Below, piece after piece: positions 38,301-61,419 of a stretch of 64,000 nt of DNA. Both the position numbers and the translations under genes were made by a program. The notes under the pieces were generated by a model that had not been told where the DNA came from, did not search any database, and saw only the letters and a list, made by a program, of their open reading frames with translations. Position 1 is the first letter of the stretch. The number at the start of each line of letters is the position of its first letter. This stretch comes from Eledone cirrhosa (lineage: Eukaryota), in the NCBI GenBank assembly GCA_964016885.1, contig CAXHJY010001528.1, forward strand, positions 1 through 64,000. Direction: 5' to 3'.

Positions 38301-41300
38301 GAAAGTAGGAATCTACTTAAATTAAATGTTGGTAAGTTCCACATATTAATGTCTCTTTACTATATATTTTTTTCTTCTATTTATTATTCACTTGAAGGCA
38401 GTGGATTGGCGGAATCGGTAGAGGTCTGGCAACAGGCTTTGAAGTATTTGTTAAAACTCTTATTTTTCTAAGTTCAAATCCTACTGTGGTCAACTTTGCC
38501 TTTCATCCTTCCAGGGTCAGTAGTGGGGTTGATGTAATCGACTGCCCCACAAATTGCTGGCCTTGTATTTAAATTAACTATTATTTATTATTGACTTATT
38601 GTAATTTGTTTTGATACTAACAGGTCGTCGAGATAAGCACTTAAAAGTTGGCCGGATTAATGTTGTTTCACAACTTCGGTTATTGCCAAGAACACAACAT
38701 GACCTTAATTCATTTCACATTGATGTTCAACATCTGTCGGTAAGAATTACTCACTTTTCATACCAAACCTCATGAAACTTGCCTGTAGTTCAACTAAGCT
38801 GTTTAAAGCATTTGTTTTTATTTAAAAACCTTCCATCATAATTTTATTTAACCCTCTATATTTACTATTGTATTTTCATTGTAAAAGCTTTACCTTACAT
38901 AATTATCTCACATAATATCGAATCTAGGAGATTTTGCTATTATTTATTTTGAGAACAATACCTTAACATCGGTATGAGCAGCTGGTTACAAAGTCAATAA
39001 TGATTAACATCTATATTAGTTACTTATAAAATATTTATTTTATTTTTCTAATGATGTTAATTTTTCTTCACTTTATCTAAACTATTAAAATCTTCCTTTT
39101 TCTCTTTCAGAGAACATTGCTTATTTTCAGTGTTTTTGGAATTTTTAAAGAAAGTAAGTGATTTATAATCCGACTTCTGATAGCTTATTAACTTTTTATA
39201 CTCTTGTAATGTGTATGTTAAGTATTTATTTTAATAAATCTAGAGACACATGTTGCAAGTTGAGTTTATCACTTATGCCCCCAACCTGATGAGCCTCTGC
39301 ACTCTAGACATTTTAGATATTAGGTTACTATTTGTAAGGCACAGTAAATAAAAATTTAGGTAATTATTTTTAATAAAAAAAATATTGTATTAACTACACT
39401 CTATTCATGCAATATGGAAGACTTAAATAAACAAAAATTCATTTATAGAATAAATTTGGTCTTTTGTTTTTAAATGAAATTAAGAATTTTTGATAAATTT
39501 CCAATAACTACACTCACAATCCATGTACTGTCGTGATATTAAATATAACTTATATGTAATACAATTTAGTATTTTATCATTAACTTAATTCAAGCATTAT
39601 TTTAGTAAGATGGCATTAGTTTTTGTTGAGTTTTAACTATACAATAATTACTGTGGTAATGCTTCAATGTATGGTATGTTTTCCTTTTTACAGCTGAATC
39701 CAAAGGGGAACCTCCAATACGCACATTTAGTCGTATGTTTATTACAACCCCACAGCAAGATGGGTAAGATAAATCTATATTCAAATTCTACAACAGATTT
39801 TTTAACACCTGTTCATTCAGTTATTAACTAATCTAATTTGTATGGATGCCAAGATAAGGGACTGTTTAAGAAATTGGCTTCACAATCATATGGTTTCAGG
39901 ATTGGTCAACCCAATCCTTGGGAGTGAAATTTGGTAGATGAATGTTGTGTGGAAGTCAGTCAGTTACTGGTTTCACCTCTCCACCATTGACACATATTGT
40001 GTTGAATTGGTTCTGATTGAGAATTATGTTATGGCTACACATCATTATTTTTTTGTCAGTTTACCCTGTTGCTATGAGTTGTCAGGGTCTAAGACATGAG
40101 GTGGTCATAAAACGTCTTACTTATGTTCTATATTTTGGTATGGCTTTTACAGCTGTGTGTATGCGAATGTGAATATATATATATGATGATGATGATGATG
40201 ATATTGTCTATTGTTTATATAATTTCAGTATTGTTATAGTGAATGATATGTTGACGATATCTAATGCCACACCTGAACAGATACAGGTAAGCAATTTATT
40301 AATTTTTGTCAAATTTCTGACGTGTTTATTGACATTGATTATACAAGTTAAAACCTTATTACAGTCATTGTCTTAACCCTTTTGTTATGAAACAACCTGA
40401 AACCATAATTTTATATTTAAAAAAAACAAGTTATGTTCCAAAACACTAGCTTAATAATTTTAGTTGTCACAAGATAGCTTACACATTGTGGAACACAGTC
40501 TCAAATTTAACCTTTGACAAATAATTATTGTTATTTTATATTTTTAGTCTGCCTTCAAGACTCCAGCGCCAACGCCTTCATCAAGTCCAACACAAGGAGG
40601 GTCTGCTTTAGCTGAAACTGTTAGTACATCACCTGCTCCTCTCACTCTCCCCACTGCTGCAGCTGCATGCAATGTATCATTAACAGAAATCCAGAAGGAA
40701 ATGATATTACAGTTTTCAATCCAGTCAGAGATGAATGCCGAATACTCATTGGAGTGCCTACAACAAAACAATTGGGAGTACGAGAAAGCTGCACAAGTTT
40801 TCCTCAATCTCAAGGTAAAAATTTTAATTCCTGATCACATTAACCCTTTTGTTACCAATTAAACCAAAACTGGCTCTGGTTCTATGAAATAAAACTACCC
40901 ATTTTAAAGGTTTCCAATTTAAATTAAAATCTTCCAGCATAATTTTATATAAGAACCTTACATTGGGTTATCTTAAATAAATAGTCTGTATTTCATTAGA
41001 ATTATGGTCTTGGAGGGGCTACATAATGATATTTTATTTCAATATTAGTTTAGATGAAGATGGTGGGTTGGCAGTATCGGTAAAGCTTTGGACATCCTTT
41101 GTGGCATAGTTATGGCCCTCTACATTTTGAGTTTAAATCCCACCAAGGTTACCTTTCCCTTTCATCCTTCTGAGGTTGATAAAATAAAATACCAGTAATC
41201 CATTCAGGTCAATTTAATCGACTTTCCCCTCACACCCAAAATTGTTGACCTTGTGCCTAAATCAGAAACCATTTATTAGTTTAGAATTTAGCATCATCTG

Positions 41301-41521
41301 TGAGATACTGCCAACTATTTTCCCTCAGGGGCTTTTACACCCAATTTGTTAGCCTTTTTTATCGTCATACACACAAAAAAAGTACATTAAAGCTTCTAAA
41401 TTTTTAATAAATATTAGATCATTACCTTTTTTTATATTTGATTAATTTTTCTCATATATCCTATATTTTTCTTCTATTTCAGGCAACAGGCAAAATTCCA
41501 TTACAAGCATTCATTAAATGA
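14489..41521 (+). CDS. NXF1: Nuclear RNA export factor 1 (TAP/NXF1), 22 coding exons, about 643 aa
   Basis: GT-AG exons in continuous frame: 14489-14555, 17307-17375, 19031-19124, 19241-19311, 21120-21193, 22244-22327, 23585-23689, 24459-24530, 25060-25129, 25808-25896, 26719-26826, 28073-28182, 35586-35622, 36665-36850, 37366-37409, 38273-38331, 38624-38739, 39111-39153, 39694-39763, 40229-40286, 40548-40814, 41483-41521 (1932 nt). Domains: basic N-terminus, RRM-like (WYRVKIP...), LRR (LVSLDVSCNRL...LKNLNLSKN...LDELILEGNELC), NTF2-like (FLKQYYLIYDSDNRQPLVDAYH...LPRTQHD...RTFSRMF...IVNDML) and UBA/TAP-C (QSEMNAEYSLECLQQNNWEYEKAAQVF...GKIPLQAF). Confidence 0.96.
17560..17940 (-). mobile_element. 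Probable degenerate CR1/L2-like LINE 3' fragment with poly(A) tail, in NXF1 intron 2
   Basis: About 28-nt T tract followed by TCACACCTGA, similar to the start of a block at about 53084; weak coding remnant only. Confidence 0.35.
19340..20385 (+). mobile_element. Internally deleted piggyBac transposon in NXF1 intron 4
   Basis: TTAA|CCCTTTAGTGTTCA ... TGAATACTAAAAGG|TTAA (imperfect TIRs, TTAA TSD). Frameshifted PGBD-like transposase N-terminus at about 19588-20140: acidic start MAYESSDTDFEGF, GP...ALDYFFLFL...INRY, WRPTDAAEM...MFGI, IMPK...L.QYLHL. Confidence 0.88.
20735..21005 (+). mobile_element. CORE-type tRNA SINE (representative)
   Basis: GTGTTCTTGAGCAAAATACTTCATTTCACATTGCT...CTCAGCTGAAAATGAGTA CORE-like block after a tRNA-like head; related copies at about 29065-29200(-), 37465-37740, 44710-44860, 50025-50185(-), 62365-62480. 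Confidence 0.65.
21610..21960 (-). mobile_element. RTE-type LINE RT fragment in NXF1 intron 5
   Basis: ORF 21620-21901 GVIIPIFKKGDKRHCSNYRGISLLSLP..IY.K.L..R, the canonical LINE RT domain 0/1 motif. Confidence 0.85.
22724..22810. repeat. (TA)n microsatellite
   Basis: Pure TA run; many similar TA/CA/GA runs across the window (e.g. 52696-52780, 53982-54090, 54275-54378, 56695-57006, 57948-58062). Confidence 0.95.
26048..26195. repeat. Near-perfect ~150-bp palindrome in NXF1 intron 10
   Basis: AACCAAATAAAGAGATATATGTATATACAGAAAGAGCCATATATTGCACAAGAAACACAGTATATTGTATA is followed directly by its reverse complement, with one extra 6-nt TCTTTC. Confidence 0.92.
27033..27292. mobile_element. Tigger/pogo-like (Tc1-mariner) MITE nested in a piggyBac-like MITE
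   Basis: TA|CAGTGGAAC ... GTTCCACTG|TA ends with TA TSD; interrupts an element starting TTAAC...AAACCACCTGAAAC (about 26881) and ending AAAGGGTTAA (about 27386). Confidence 0.7.
33343..33542 (+). mobile_element. Non-autonomous piggyBac-like MITE (representative of a family)
   Basis: TTAA|CACTTTTCATACC ... GGTAATGAAAGGG|TTAA; related copies at about 20423, 22415-22638, 26881-27386, 38752, 40374, 40840, 48458. Confidence 0.65.
34757..34814 (+). promoter_or_regulatory. CTE-like (constitutive transport element) RNA hairpin, predicted NXF1-binding cis-element
   Basis: CTGTC-A-CC GATGAC GGGT AAGC TTTTCC AGAAG GGAAAA CG ACCT ATGACA GG-GACAG. Closing stem, internal loop (GAUGAC / AUGACA), GGGU/ACCU stem and apical stem. 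The strands CCGATGACGGGT and ACCTATGACAGG each differ by one base from the MPMV CTE motifs as I recall them (CCAATGACGGGT, ACCTAAGACAGG). Located in the intron orthologous to the CTE-bearing vertebrate NXF1 intron. Confidence 0.85.
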
Positions 41522-41679
41522 AGAGTCCCTCCCAATAATTCATTTATTCATATTCATTATTGTAAATACTTCATCCCCACACAGACATTATTTGTTGTAT
41601 TCTACGTTAATTCCAATATGGTAGTTGTTTTATTTTCTTCCCCTTTTGTTCCTGTGTTGCTGGCATATAATTGTGTATG

Positions 41680-42160
41680 TGTGTGTATGTATATATATAT
41701 ATATATATATATTGTATGTATGTGTATATATATATATTGTATGTATGTGTATATATATATATTGTATGTATGTGTGTATATATATATATTGTATGTGTGT
41801 ATATATATATATATATATATTGTATGTATATATATATATATATATTGTATGTATATATATATATATATTGTATGTATATATATATATATATTGTATGTAT
41901 ATATATATATATATATATTGTATGTATATGTATATATATATTGTATGTATATGTATATATATATTGTATGTATATGTATATATATATATTGTATGTATAT
42001 GTATATATATATTGTATGTATATGTATATATATATATATATTGTATGTATATGTATATATATATATTGTATGTATATGTATATATATATATTGTATGTAT
42101 ATGTATATATATATATTGTATGTATATGTATATATATATATTGTGTGTATATGTATATAC
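41680..42160. repeat. Compound TTGTATG-(TA)n minisatellite just downstream of the NXF1 stop (likely 3' UTR)
   Basis: About 18 units of ATTGTATGTAT(ATG/GTG)(TA)n; explains the spurious YIYI ORFs at 41602-42245. Confidence 0.9.
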
Positions 42161-42798
42161 ATATATTTTCAGATATATGCATACAATATATAAATTGTAT
42201 GCATATATCTGAAAATGTGCAATGTATATTTATGTAAATATCCAAATATCAACATTAATCTAGCTCAAGTGTTAGTTCTTTAAAACTCATCTTTAGAGGT
42301 TACACTGCAACCTCTTGAGATGAATGAAAAAGAACTTGAAACATTTGAGTTAGTGTAAGGTCTCTCTTTCTCTTTATTTCTCTCGTGTGCGTGTGCATGT
42401 GCATGTAGCTGAAATCTGGTTCCAGCAAAAGATAGAAGATAAAATGTACTATGAAATTATACTTTAAACTTTTTCGTTACCATATTTCTAATGAAAGACA
42501 CTGTCTATTGTTTTCAAATAATTTTGGAAAAAAATAATAAATATGAATTATTAAACTGGTGTTTGTAATGCGAAAGTTTTTTTTTTACATTGCATTATGA
42601 TGGAAGGTTTATATATGTATTTATTATGGCTGAGTGTATCTTGTTACTCTGCAGTTACACCTGTGCACTGGCAGGGTCATCTGGGCAGGTGAAACTCCAA
42701 AGTAACATGATTTACTACTTAGCTATAATAAATGAATATTTAAACTCTACTTTGGTATTGAGTACTTTTTTCTCTTGTCCATCAGCCACACATGCATA

Positions 42799-42839
<41 letters not shown>

Positions 42840-45800
42840 TCACTTTTAAATAAATGTATCATAGAACTAGGTGTAGTTTTATGCCGTTGGGTATCAATGG
42901 GTAAAAGTATATATATATATATATATAAATTCTAATAAACATCTTTTCTTCCTTGTATGATGGAATATTCATATGAGTCATTAGATGTGTATTAAAAAAA
43001 AAAAACCCACAAACTTAAACAATACATGGTGTATGTATGTGTAGATGTATATACATGATACATTTTTTTTATTTTTTTTATTAAAATGTTTAAATGCTAC
43101 CTTAATTATAGGATTTTGTGTATGTTGGTGGGCAATGATGAAATAAAACCATTTTCATAGTTTCGTCACTCAAAAAGAACAATCACAATTTGCTGTTTGC
43201 TTGTGCTACTGAGGCCAGTGTTGAAAGAACTACCTTGCCATATTGGTGTGTCTTCAACACCTTGTGTGGCCAAGATGGGGAGGCATTGCATTATTTAAAG
43301 GAAGGTTGACAGCATCAGTAGAGTGTTGGACAACTTGCTTGACAGAATATATTTACATTCTGAGTTCTAATCCCACCAAGGTTAGCTTTGCCTTTCATCC
43401 TTACAGGGGTTGATAAAATAAAGTACCAGTAATGTACTGGAGTTGATTTAATTGACTTTCCCCTCCCCAAAAATGTGTTGGTCATACTCAATAGGGAGTC
43501 AACGGCCATCATGTATGTGTGCATATATTTTTATGTCACTATATATATATATATTGGTTTGGGGATTATACATGTGTATGTCTTGTGTAAGGTAGTCAAC
43601 CACCATCGTGTGTGTGTGTGTGTGTGTGCCTATATATTTTTGAAACTATCATATATTAGACATTACACCGTCCGGCCTGTTTCCAACTTTTCTACACCTC
43701 AGTGTTCTTTGTCTGTATGTTGGACAACAGTCTTTACTCTCTCCTTTCTATATTTTATATTTGTGTAATTTGCCTACAGGCATGACTTGTCTCTACCTGT
43801 TTTGTTATGTCAAAATGTGCACTGGAATGAATGGTAATGCACCAAAACTGTAGTGAGTTCCAGAGGTTGACTTGAGGAGATGGGACTGTGTCTTTCCGTT
43901 GTTTTTTTTTCCATTGTCTTTGTCCTATGCCTTCTCTATTTTGGGGGGGGGGGTGTTATACATGTGTGTGCTATAAACATGTTTATACGTGCACAAATGT
44001 ATGTTGTTTTTTTTTTCTTAATCTAATTTTGATAATTTAATTTTTTTTTTTTTTAGTTAGTTTAGTGGTATTGTACAACTGAATACCCCCTTGGTTGTAT
44101 TAAATACTTTTTTTTTGTGTGTGTGTGCATATATAACTTTGTGGTACCATAGTCAACTACAGTTTGGTACCACAGTGATGCATATTGCATGCTGAAAATA
44201 ATTCCCATTTATTGTATGTATGTATGTATGTATATGTATATATATATATATATATATATGTATACAGGGTGTACCAAAAGTAGCTAGACAATTTTATCTA
44301 TTTGTATAGAATACTCTAGTGACTTTTTGGACATGATATATATATATATATACAAATGAATGACTTTCAGTTTTGAAAAAGGTTTTTAAAATAAAATTAA
44401 ACAAAGCAGTAAATGTGGAATAGAAGTTTATTGTATGTAAAAAGAGAGAAAAAAAATGGAATAAATGAAAATAAAAAATACAGCAACACACATGAACAGT
44501 GGAATTTGTATATTTAAAATAAACAACCCTTTTTTTTTCCCTTTCTTTTGTATTTGTTTTTTGTTTTGTTCTTTTTTTTTTTTCTGAATCCTTCCATTAT
44601 TCTGACTTCTCTCACTCAGACATGTATAGAGTAATATTATTAAATGATGATATTGCAAACATATATTTTCTTATGTTGTTATTTCTGTCGTTGTATTTTG
44701 GTGGACATCATGGAGGCACATGGCTTAGTGGTTAGAGCATTAGCCTTGCAATCGAAAGGTGAGTTCAATTCTCAGACCGGGTGATGTGGTGTTTCCTTGA
44801 GCAAGACACTTTATTTCACATTGCTCCAGTTTACTCAGCTGTAGAAATGAGATGATAGGGACTGGGGTCCTTATCATTCCACTGCAAAGTGGTCGTGCAG
44901 GTACCACGGCAAAAAAGCACCCAGCCCACACTGTAAAGTGGACGTGTAGGCGCCATAGAAAAAAAGCACCCAGCACTCACTGTAAATGAGGTTGGTGTTA
45001 GGAAGGGCATCAAGCCAGAATCAGTTCCCGTCCCACCCTTGCAAGCAGGGAAAAGTGGACGTGAAATGAAATGAAAATGATCATCGCCATGACTTTTTAA
45101 CGGCCATTTTCCACAGTAGCAGAATTGCTGGATAGATTTTTACGGGCAAAGCCAACTGGTAAGAGACCCATCCGTGGGCTTGGCTGGTCGCTTTTGACAG
45201 GACCCACTGGAAGGAGTGTTTTGAGGACTCGACCCTCTCGGGAATAAGTGAGCAAAACAAAAAGCAGTGGTTAGACGAGTTGTCCAATTTAAGACAAGTC
45301 AAGTCAGGTGATCATGTCTTGCTCATACAGAACTGTTTCTGGATGTTCTTCCTAGATTACATTACTCACACAAATATATATTTTTATAGTGCAGTAGATG
45401 AACAGTGATGGTGTCTGTTGGTTACAGGTTTATTGCATTTCTGACGGTGAGAGCAACAAAGAAGTTTGTCTATTCGATAGAAAACAAATATGGGGGAATT
45501 GGTTTTAAAATCTTTTCTTGCTGATGTTTACATCATTCCATGAAATATCAGTTTCGTCTGCTTTTCCATGCTTGCATGGGATTTCAAAAAGCACCTAACT
45601 CACCCTGTAAGTTGGTCATGATGGTGACAAGATGAAGTACTCAGTCCATGCTGTAAATGTGGTTTGCATTAGGAAGGGCATCCAGCTGTAGGAACCGAGA
45701 AAGAGTTCTGTATGAGCAAGACATGTTCATCTAATCTGACTTGTCTTATAGTGGGACAACTCATCTAATCCATGCCAGCATGGAAAATGGACGTATGATA

Positions 45801-45979
45801 GCAAACCATTAATTTGCCGAGGTTGACTTTGCCTTTCATCCTGACGGGATCGATAAAATAAAGTACCAGTAATGCACTGGGTAATTGCTGGCCTTGTGCC
45901 TAAAGTAGAAACAATTAATTTATCAAAGTGCACGATCCCTAGATTGTATGGTTCATATATCTGGTGTATATATATATAC

Positions 45980-46156
45980 ATACACAGAATGTCCCAAAAA
46001 ATGTATACACACTTCAACAGAATTCTAATAAAAGTATACATTTTTGGGACACCCTGTGTATGTACATATATATTATACATACAAGGTGTCCCAAAAGTCA
46101 CAAGACCAGTTTATATATATAATTTAAAATAGTCTAGTGACTTTTGGGTCACCCTA
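45980..46156. mobile_element. Short Tc1/mariner-like MITEs (CAGGGTGTCCCAAAA...TTTTGGGACACCCTG type)
   Basis: Two adjacent small TIR elements; related copies at about 44263-44335 and 50322-50424. Confidence 0.6.
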
Positions 46157-46363
46157 TCTATATACATGATATACAAACCTTGTTATATTACGTTATAATT
46201 TACATCAGGTGGAAAATATTTAAATAATTTTTTTCTCTAATACAGCGCAATATTTATATATTTATATATATATATTAGCGAAGACTGACGAAATATAACT
46301 TAATCGTTATGCGAGTAATGATTTTATTTAACACCTTAAATTGCATTTGTTTTTATATGTATG

Positions 46364-46400
<37 letters not shown>

Positions 46401-47076
46401 GCCTGGTTAGTATCTGAATTGATATATCGTTTAAAATTATTTTAGGAAGTATCGTTGTCGAGAAGTTAAAGAAACATTTATTTCAAAGTGATATATTTGC
46501 CTTAAATTTTATTCAATTGTGGATAACGTAAATAAAATATTTGAAAGTAGGGAGCGCAGATACTGTCATATCGAATGAATAGAAGTAAACACACGCACAC
46601 CCGGTCCGAATACAGAGGAATCGAACTCCCACTGACATCACCACTATGTTTTTCGCCCTCCTCATCTCATATTGTAGCGCTATTTACTGTCGCTTGGTTA
46701 ATACAGGAAACAAAACAAGCACAGGAATGCAAAAATACACAATTATACGCTTGGAAGATATATATATATATATATATATACAATGATATTAAATAAATGG
46801 AAACTATATTTATAAAACCATATTTATTTTATTATATATATTTCAATGAGTGCTCTAAATCAGTTATAAACATTTATATTTGTCGGATTTCCAACAAATT
46901 AAATACCCCCTTCTACTTATATATATATGTATGTATAAGGTATACAGAAATAACAAAATAAACGGCACAGTAGTGATGCTAGGGCTGTGAAATATTGCCT
47001 GCATTAATTTCAACCCTATGAACTTTTCAGCTGACCTTCGTGCTTGTCTTGTGCGCACCAAATATTTTTTTCGTTG

Positions 47077-56154
<9,078 letters not shown>

Positions 56155-56695
56155 TGTTCTTCACTACAGATAAATGTGTGTGTATATCTATCTATCTATC
56201 TATATAAACATGCGTAGGCGTGTAAGTGCATAGGTGTGTATGTGTGGATATATGTGTATATGTGTGTATGTATGTGTAAATATGTATGTTTGTGTATGTA
56301 TATGTATGTATATATATATGTGTGTGTATATGTGTGTATGTATGTGTATATGTGGATGTGGATGTATGTGTGTATATATATGTGTGTGTACGTATGTATA
56401 TGTGTGTATGAAAAAATGAAAATAATTTTTTTTTTTTAATGCGGCCCCTGATGGTGTGTGGCCCTAAGCTATAACTTATTTAGCTCCTAGGTAAGTCCAG
56501 CACTGTGTATTTGTAAGTGTGTATAAGTGTGTATACTATGTACTGTGGCCTTTTTACTGTTCTACTGTCTTAGAAATATCGCTAACGATTGGACAATGTC
56601 CCCACATAAAACTGATGAAGAAAGCTGGACCTGAAGCTTTAATAGTGTGCCTAAAACTAAAGCTTTCACATTATGCATACACACACAACCATAAC

Positions 56696-56834
<139 letters not shown>

Positions 56835-56926
56835 GAACACAGACATTTGTACATAGCTGTCAATGTTGATACAGCGTGACGAAAAGAAAAATTCCTCTTC
56901 GGAGCGGTGCCTTTTGTCAGTTAATC

Positions 56927-57008
<82 letters not shown>

Positions 57009-57946
57009 ATTAGAATATATGTTAGTTAATAACCGACACTGCAGCATACACGGTAGTAGAGCACTCGACGAAGTACACAGGTGGGTCTGTTTACTCCGAA
57101 GTATATTTATAACCTTGAAGTACAACTCAGCAGGTTAATTATAACCTGTTGAATTGTACTTTATGAAACACAAACACAAAGAGTAAAGAGAGTAACCGGA
57201 ACATGATAGATGAAGTAAAGATATTATTGTGTATTTACGTCATATGCAATAGGACTGCATTAACCCTGCATTCTAGCATTAAGTTATTGTTTTCAAAATA
57301 AATAATATCAAAATCTCATAGATTCGGTATTATGTGAGATATGTAAGATAAAGCCTTTACCACAAAAATACAATAGTATATATAGAGTAATGTAAATGCT
57401 AAAGGGTTAAACAACGTATGATCAATGTCAAAAGAATATAGTTAAATACTAGATAGCATGGAAGAAAAAACTCAATATGTATATCGTAGAAGATGTATAT
57501 TTATTAAAATAGGATATATCACACTGTTGCTACTCAGATTTTTACGTTAACTACTAGTCATATAACATACAATTCAGCCCTTTTCGTCAAGCATCAGGAG
57601 CTGGTTCTGTCTTAGAACTTCTCTCACCTTGCCGGCATATGTTAAATTTCCTGCGGATTAACTTCAAAGTAGTTGATGAGATTTGACGAAAAAATCGAAA
57701 AAGACTCGACACCAACGGCCACACGACCAACTAAAGGTGTGCAACATTATTATATATGCAAACCAACATTTCTTCATCTTCAGACAAACTAATGAGGACA
57801 ATGGACTACAAAGTCGAATGCACGAAACCTTTAAGTATGACAAAATGCTGTTGCTTAAAAACATACATAGAATTATATAAATATATGTGTGTTGGTCAAA
57901 CTTAGTTGTTGCAACGTAATATATTCTTCAAACTGCATGTATACAA

Positions 57947-58064
<118 letters not shown>

Positions 58065-58100
58065 TCTATAATGAAATGAATTTATCTAAACAGTGGACGA

Positions 58101-60103
58101 CTACGCGTGTTCACCGATCCACATATATCGATCTGTTCTGATATTCAATTGGTTCAATCCATTTCCCAATGGTTTCGTACTTGCAATAAAGCCTCCCCAG
58201 TCCAGCTTTATTCGAGGTCTTTGCATACACTGACCAGAAGTGATGTATGGCGGTAGTTTCAAACGATTGAGGTCATCCGAGAATTTTCCAGTGTTTGCTT
58301 TATAGGCCTGTCAAAATAGTTGAGAAAGATAAAGTACCAGTAATACACTGGGATAATTGCTGGCCTTGTGCCAAACGTAGAAACAAATATATAAATAGGA
58401 AGAAAGGGGAGAAATTATAGTTGGACTGGTCTATAGGTAATATATAAATAGGAAGAAAGGGGGAGAAATTATAGTTGGACTGGTCTATATGTAATATATA
58501 AATAAGTAGAAAGGGGGAGAAATTATAGTTGAACTGGTCCATAGTTAATATACAAATAGATGACAAAAGGGGAAGAAATTATAGTTGGACCGATCCATAG
58601 TTAATATACAAATAAGTGAAAAAAAGGGAAGACGTTATAGTTGGACTGATCCATAGTTAATATACAAATAGCTGGGGAAGGGGGAAGAAATTATAGTTGG
58701 ACCGGTCCATAGTTAATACAATTTTCTGTTAGTTGACCTATACTAAAGGGCTTCACTGATAAGGTTATGTGTGTTATAATTTCCCAGTTCCATGTTATGG
58801 AAAGAAGTTGTGGTGAATCTTTGGAATAGTGTTTAATAAATATTAATGGCTCTAATAGTTGTTCCAATGTTCATAAGTGGCCCTCCAATGGAATATGTTG
58901 CACACCCCTGCCGTAAAGCATGGTGTTCGACTCTACCAATTCTACTGCTAATCCGCCACTCTACCATCCCACACCTATTGTAATAGAATAAAATAAATAT
59001 TTACATGTTCTGCCTGATAGATTTCACTGAGTGCTTTCTGGATAGGCAGATAAGGATCTGGCTGGAAGACGGTACTGTTTACAGGTACGGTACGAAATTG
59101 TAGCAGTCCCCACCTGATAAAAGCAGAACAACAAGCATGGATTATAACTTAAGACTAGAAATGTTTAGTTATAACATAATTGTTTCTACTTTTGGCACAA
59201 GGCCAGCAAATACTGGTACTTTATTTTATCGACCCCGTAAAGATGAAAGGCAAAGTTAACCTCGGTGCGATTTGAACTCAGAATGGCAAGGGGCGTAACT
59301 CTATACGTCAAAGCATAGTGTCCGACCCTCTACCGATACAAGACACAAGGCCAGTAATTTAGGGAGAGAGGGGAGAGAGTCTATTATATCGACATCAGTG
59401 CGGGGGTTGAGTGAAAAATTCATAGGCTGATTATAAAAGAGTGATGCCAGAGCTGTGAAATCTTGCATACATTAATTTCAACTCTTTTTATTAATAACTG
59501 CATTAGCGAACGTAAAAATGATGCCGATGCTGATGACGATGGTATTGATGATGATAGTGATCATCATCATGATTATGATCATGGTGATGGTGATGATGAT
59601 GATAATGTGGGTGATGATGGTAGTGGTGGTGGTGGTGGTGGTGGTGATAATAATGATGATGTTGATGATTATGATGTCTATTTTTAAAAATAAAAACGGC
59701 GAAAGTAGGATCCAGAAATAAGAAAAAAAATATTACCTATCAGGCAGATGGATATTACTAACTTCCGGTGAATTCCAAACCCACCAATCAGTGACACCGT
59801 TGAATTTCTGAAATCGGTTTGAATGACAGAGACAGAAAAAGTTATTGTTTAGATGTAAATACAGAAAATACATATTAATTTAACAACTGAACCGTTAAAA
59901 AGATTATTTTATTTAACTTACAATTGTGTACTTACCAAAATTATAGGTCCGCCGAAAATAAGTAAGTGACATAGTCACTACTTTAAAACTGATAGCGAAT
60001 GGTCTTCTAAATGTTTTTAATTAAACATACGGCATATTGCTAAATATACTATACATACATTCATGTATACATCGCTATTTCAGTTTCAGAGCACTAATAC
60101 TAT

Positions 60104-60138
<35 letters not shown>

Positions 60139-61370
60139 GTAAAATAAAAAATGTATAATAGTTATTTATACATAGTATATATTATATTACTTTTTATATT
60201 ATAAATCATATTATAAATTAACGATTTTATTTATTATATATCATTTACAATTTGCGTGTAGGCAGGTCTCTCTGGAAATAGGGTTGGGGGCGCTGAGGGT
60301 GGTTACGTGGCCGTTAGGGAGCAGTGGCCCCAAAAGTTTGAGAAACTCTGACATAAATAGACAGTTATCTTACCTTTTCATATTTATTGCCAACAACTTC
60401 AACTTCCCAATTGGACCTTTTACAAGAAGAAATTATAAAAAAAGACAATTATATTAAAAAAATAATAAAGAAAAAGTGAAAATACCATAATAATAGCTTC
60501 ATTGATTTTGACACAAGGCCAACGATTTGAAAAGTGAGGAAAGTCAGTTAAATCGATCCCAGTGCGTGACTGGTGCTTTATTTTATCGAATCGACCCCGT
60601 CAGAATGAAAAGCGAAGCTAACCTCGGTTGGATTTTAATTCAGATCGTTAAGAAGAAGAAGAAGAAGGGGAGTTGGAGGGAGAGAGTGAGTGAGTGATAA
60701 AGAGGAAATGATAGTGAGGTAGGGAAAAAAAAGATATCGAAGAAAAAATTGACACCAGAACTGGAGTGACGGACACAGAAGGAAAAGCAGTTTTTTTTTT
60801 ATAATATAGATTATAATTGTTGGAAATTGGTGAATAATTTAGTGTGTTGAATATATCTTACCTAACAAAGTTAGCTTGCCATATATCCAAGTCGTTTGGT
60901 GGATTGTTTGATCGTTCAGTGCCGGCTATCAATTGTTTGAAAGGTAGAGCCATTTCAATCTGCCAAAACTTGTCTTGTTGACAAAAGAAAATCAGTAAAA
61001 TAGATAAAAAATAATAAAACAGACGTTGTTTTATTATATCTGAAGAGGCAGTTGCCTAAATCTCTGTACCCCCCCATTCACTTTCTTTCGTATTTGATCC
61101 GTTTTTTCTTTTTCTTCTTTTCCTTTCCCTTTTTTTTACTTCCTTTTTTGTTCCCTTTAATAGTCTGTTTTATTTTTATTAGATGTTGCTCAATTATTTT
61201 TATATAATGTCATTGGTTTTTTAGGACATTGTGAGGTTTTGTATATTGAATATGTTTGTTTTTCAATGATAGACGTACAGTTACGTAATGTTAGGTAATC
61301 GAGAACGGCATTGAGCCTAATCACCAGTGAAAAGTGCATGACTATATAAACTGATCTCTCTCTCCCGGTG

Positions 61371-61419
<49 letters not shown>

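Noticed and set aside
38615-38623. Perfect TACTAAC branch consensus abutting the exon 17 acceptor
   Set aside because: The branch A would be only about 4 nt from the splice site, too close to be the functional branch point; probably coincidental.
41602-42245. Five overlapping 186-212 aa ORFs
   Set aside because: Translations of a TA-rich minisatellite (YIYI/CICI) with no real coding signal.
57664-57864. MKKCWFAYIIMLHTF... as the signal-peptide exon of paralog A
   Set aside because: No convincing in-phase donor before the stop; exon 55979-56154 supplies an ATG, a hydrophobic anchor and a strong in-phase donor.
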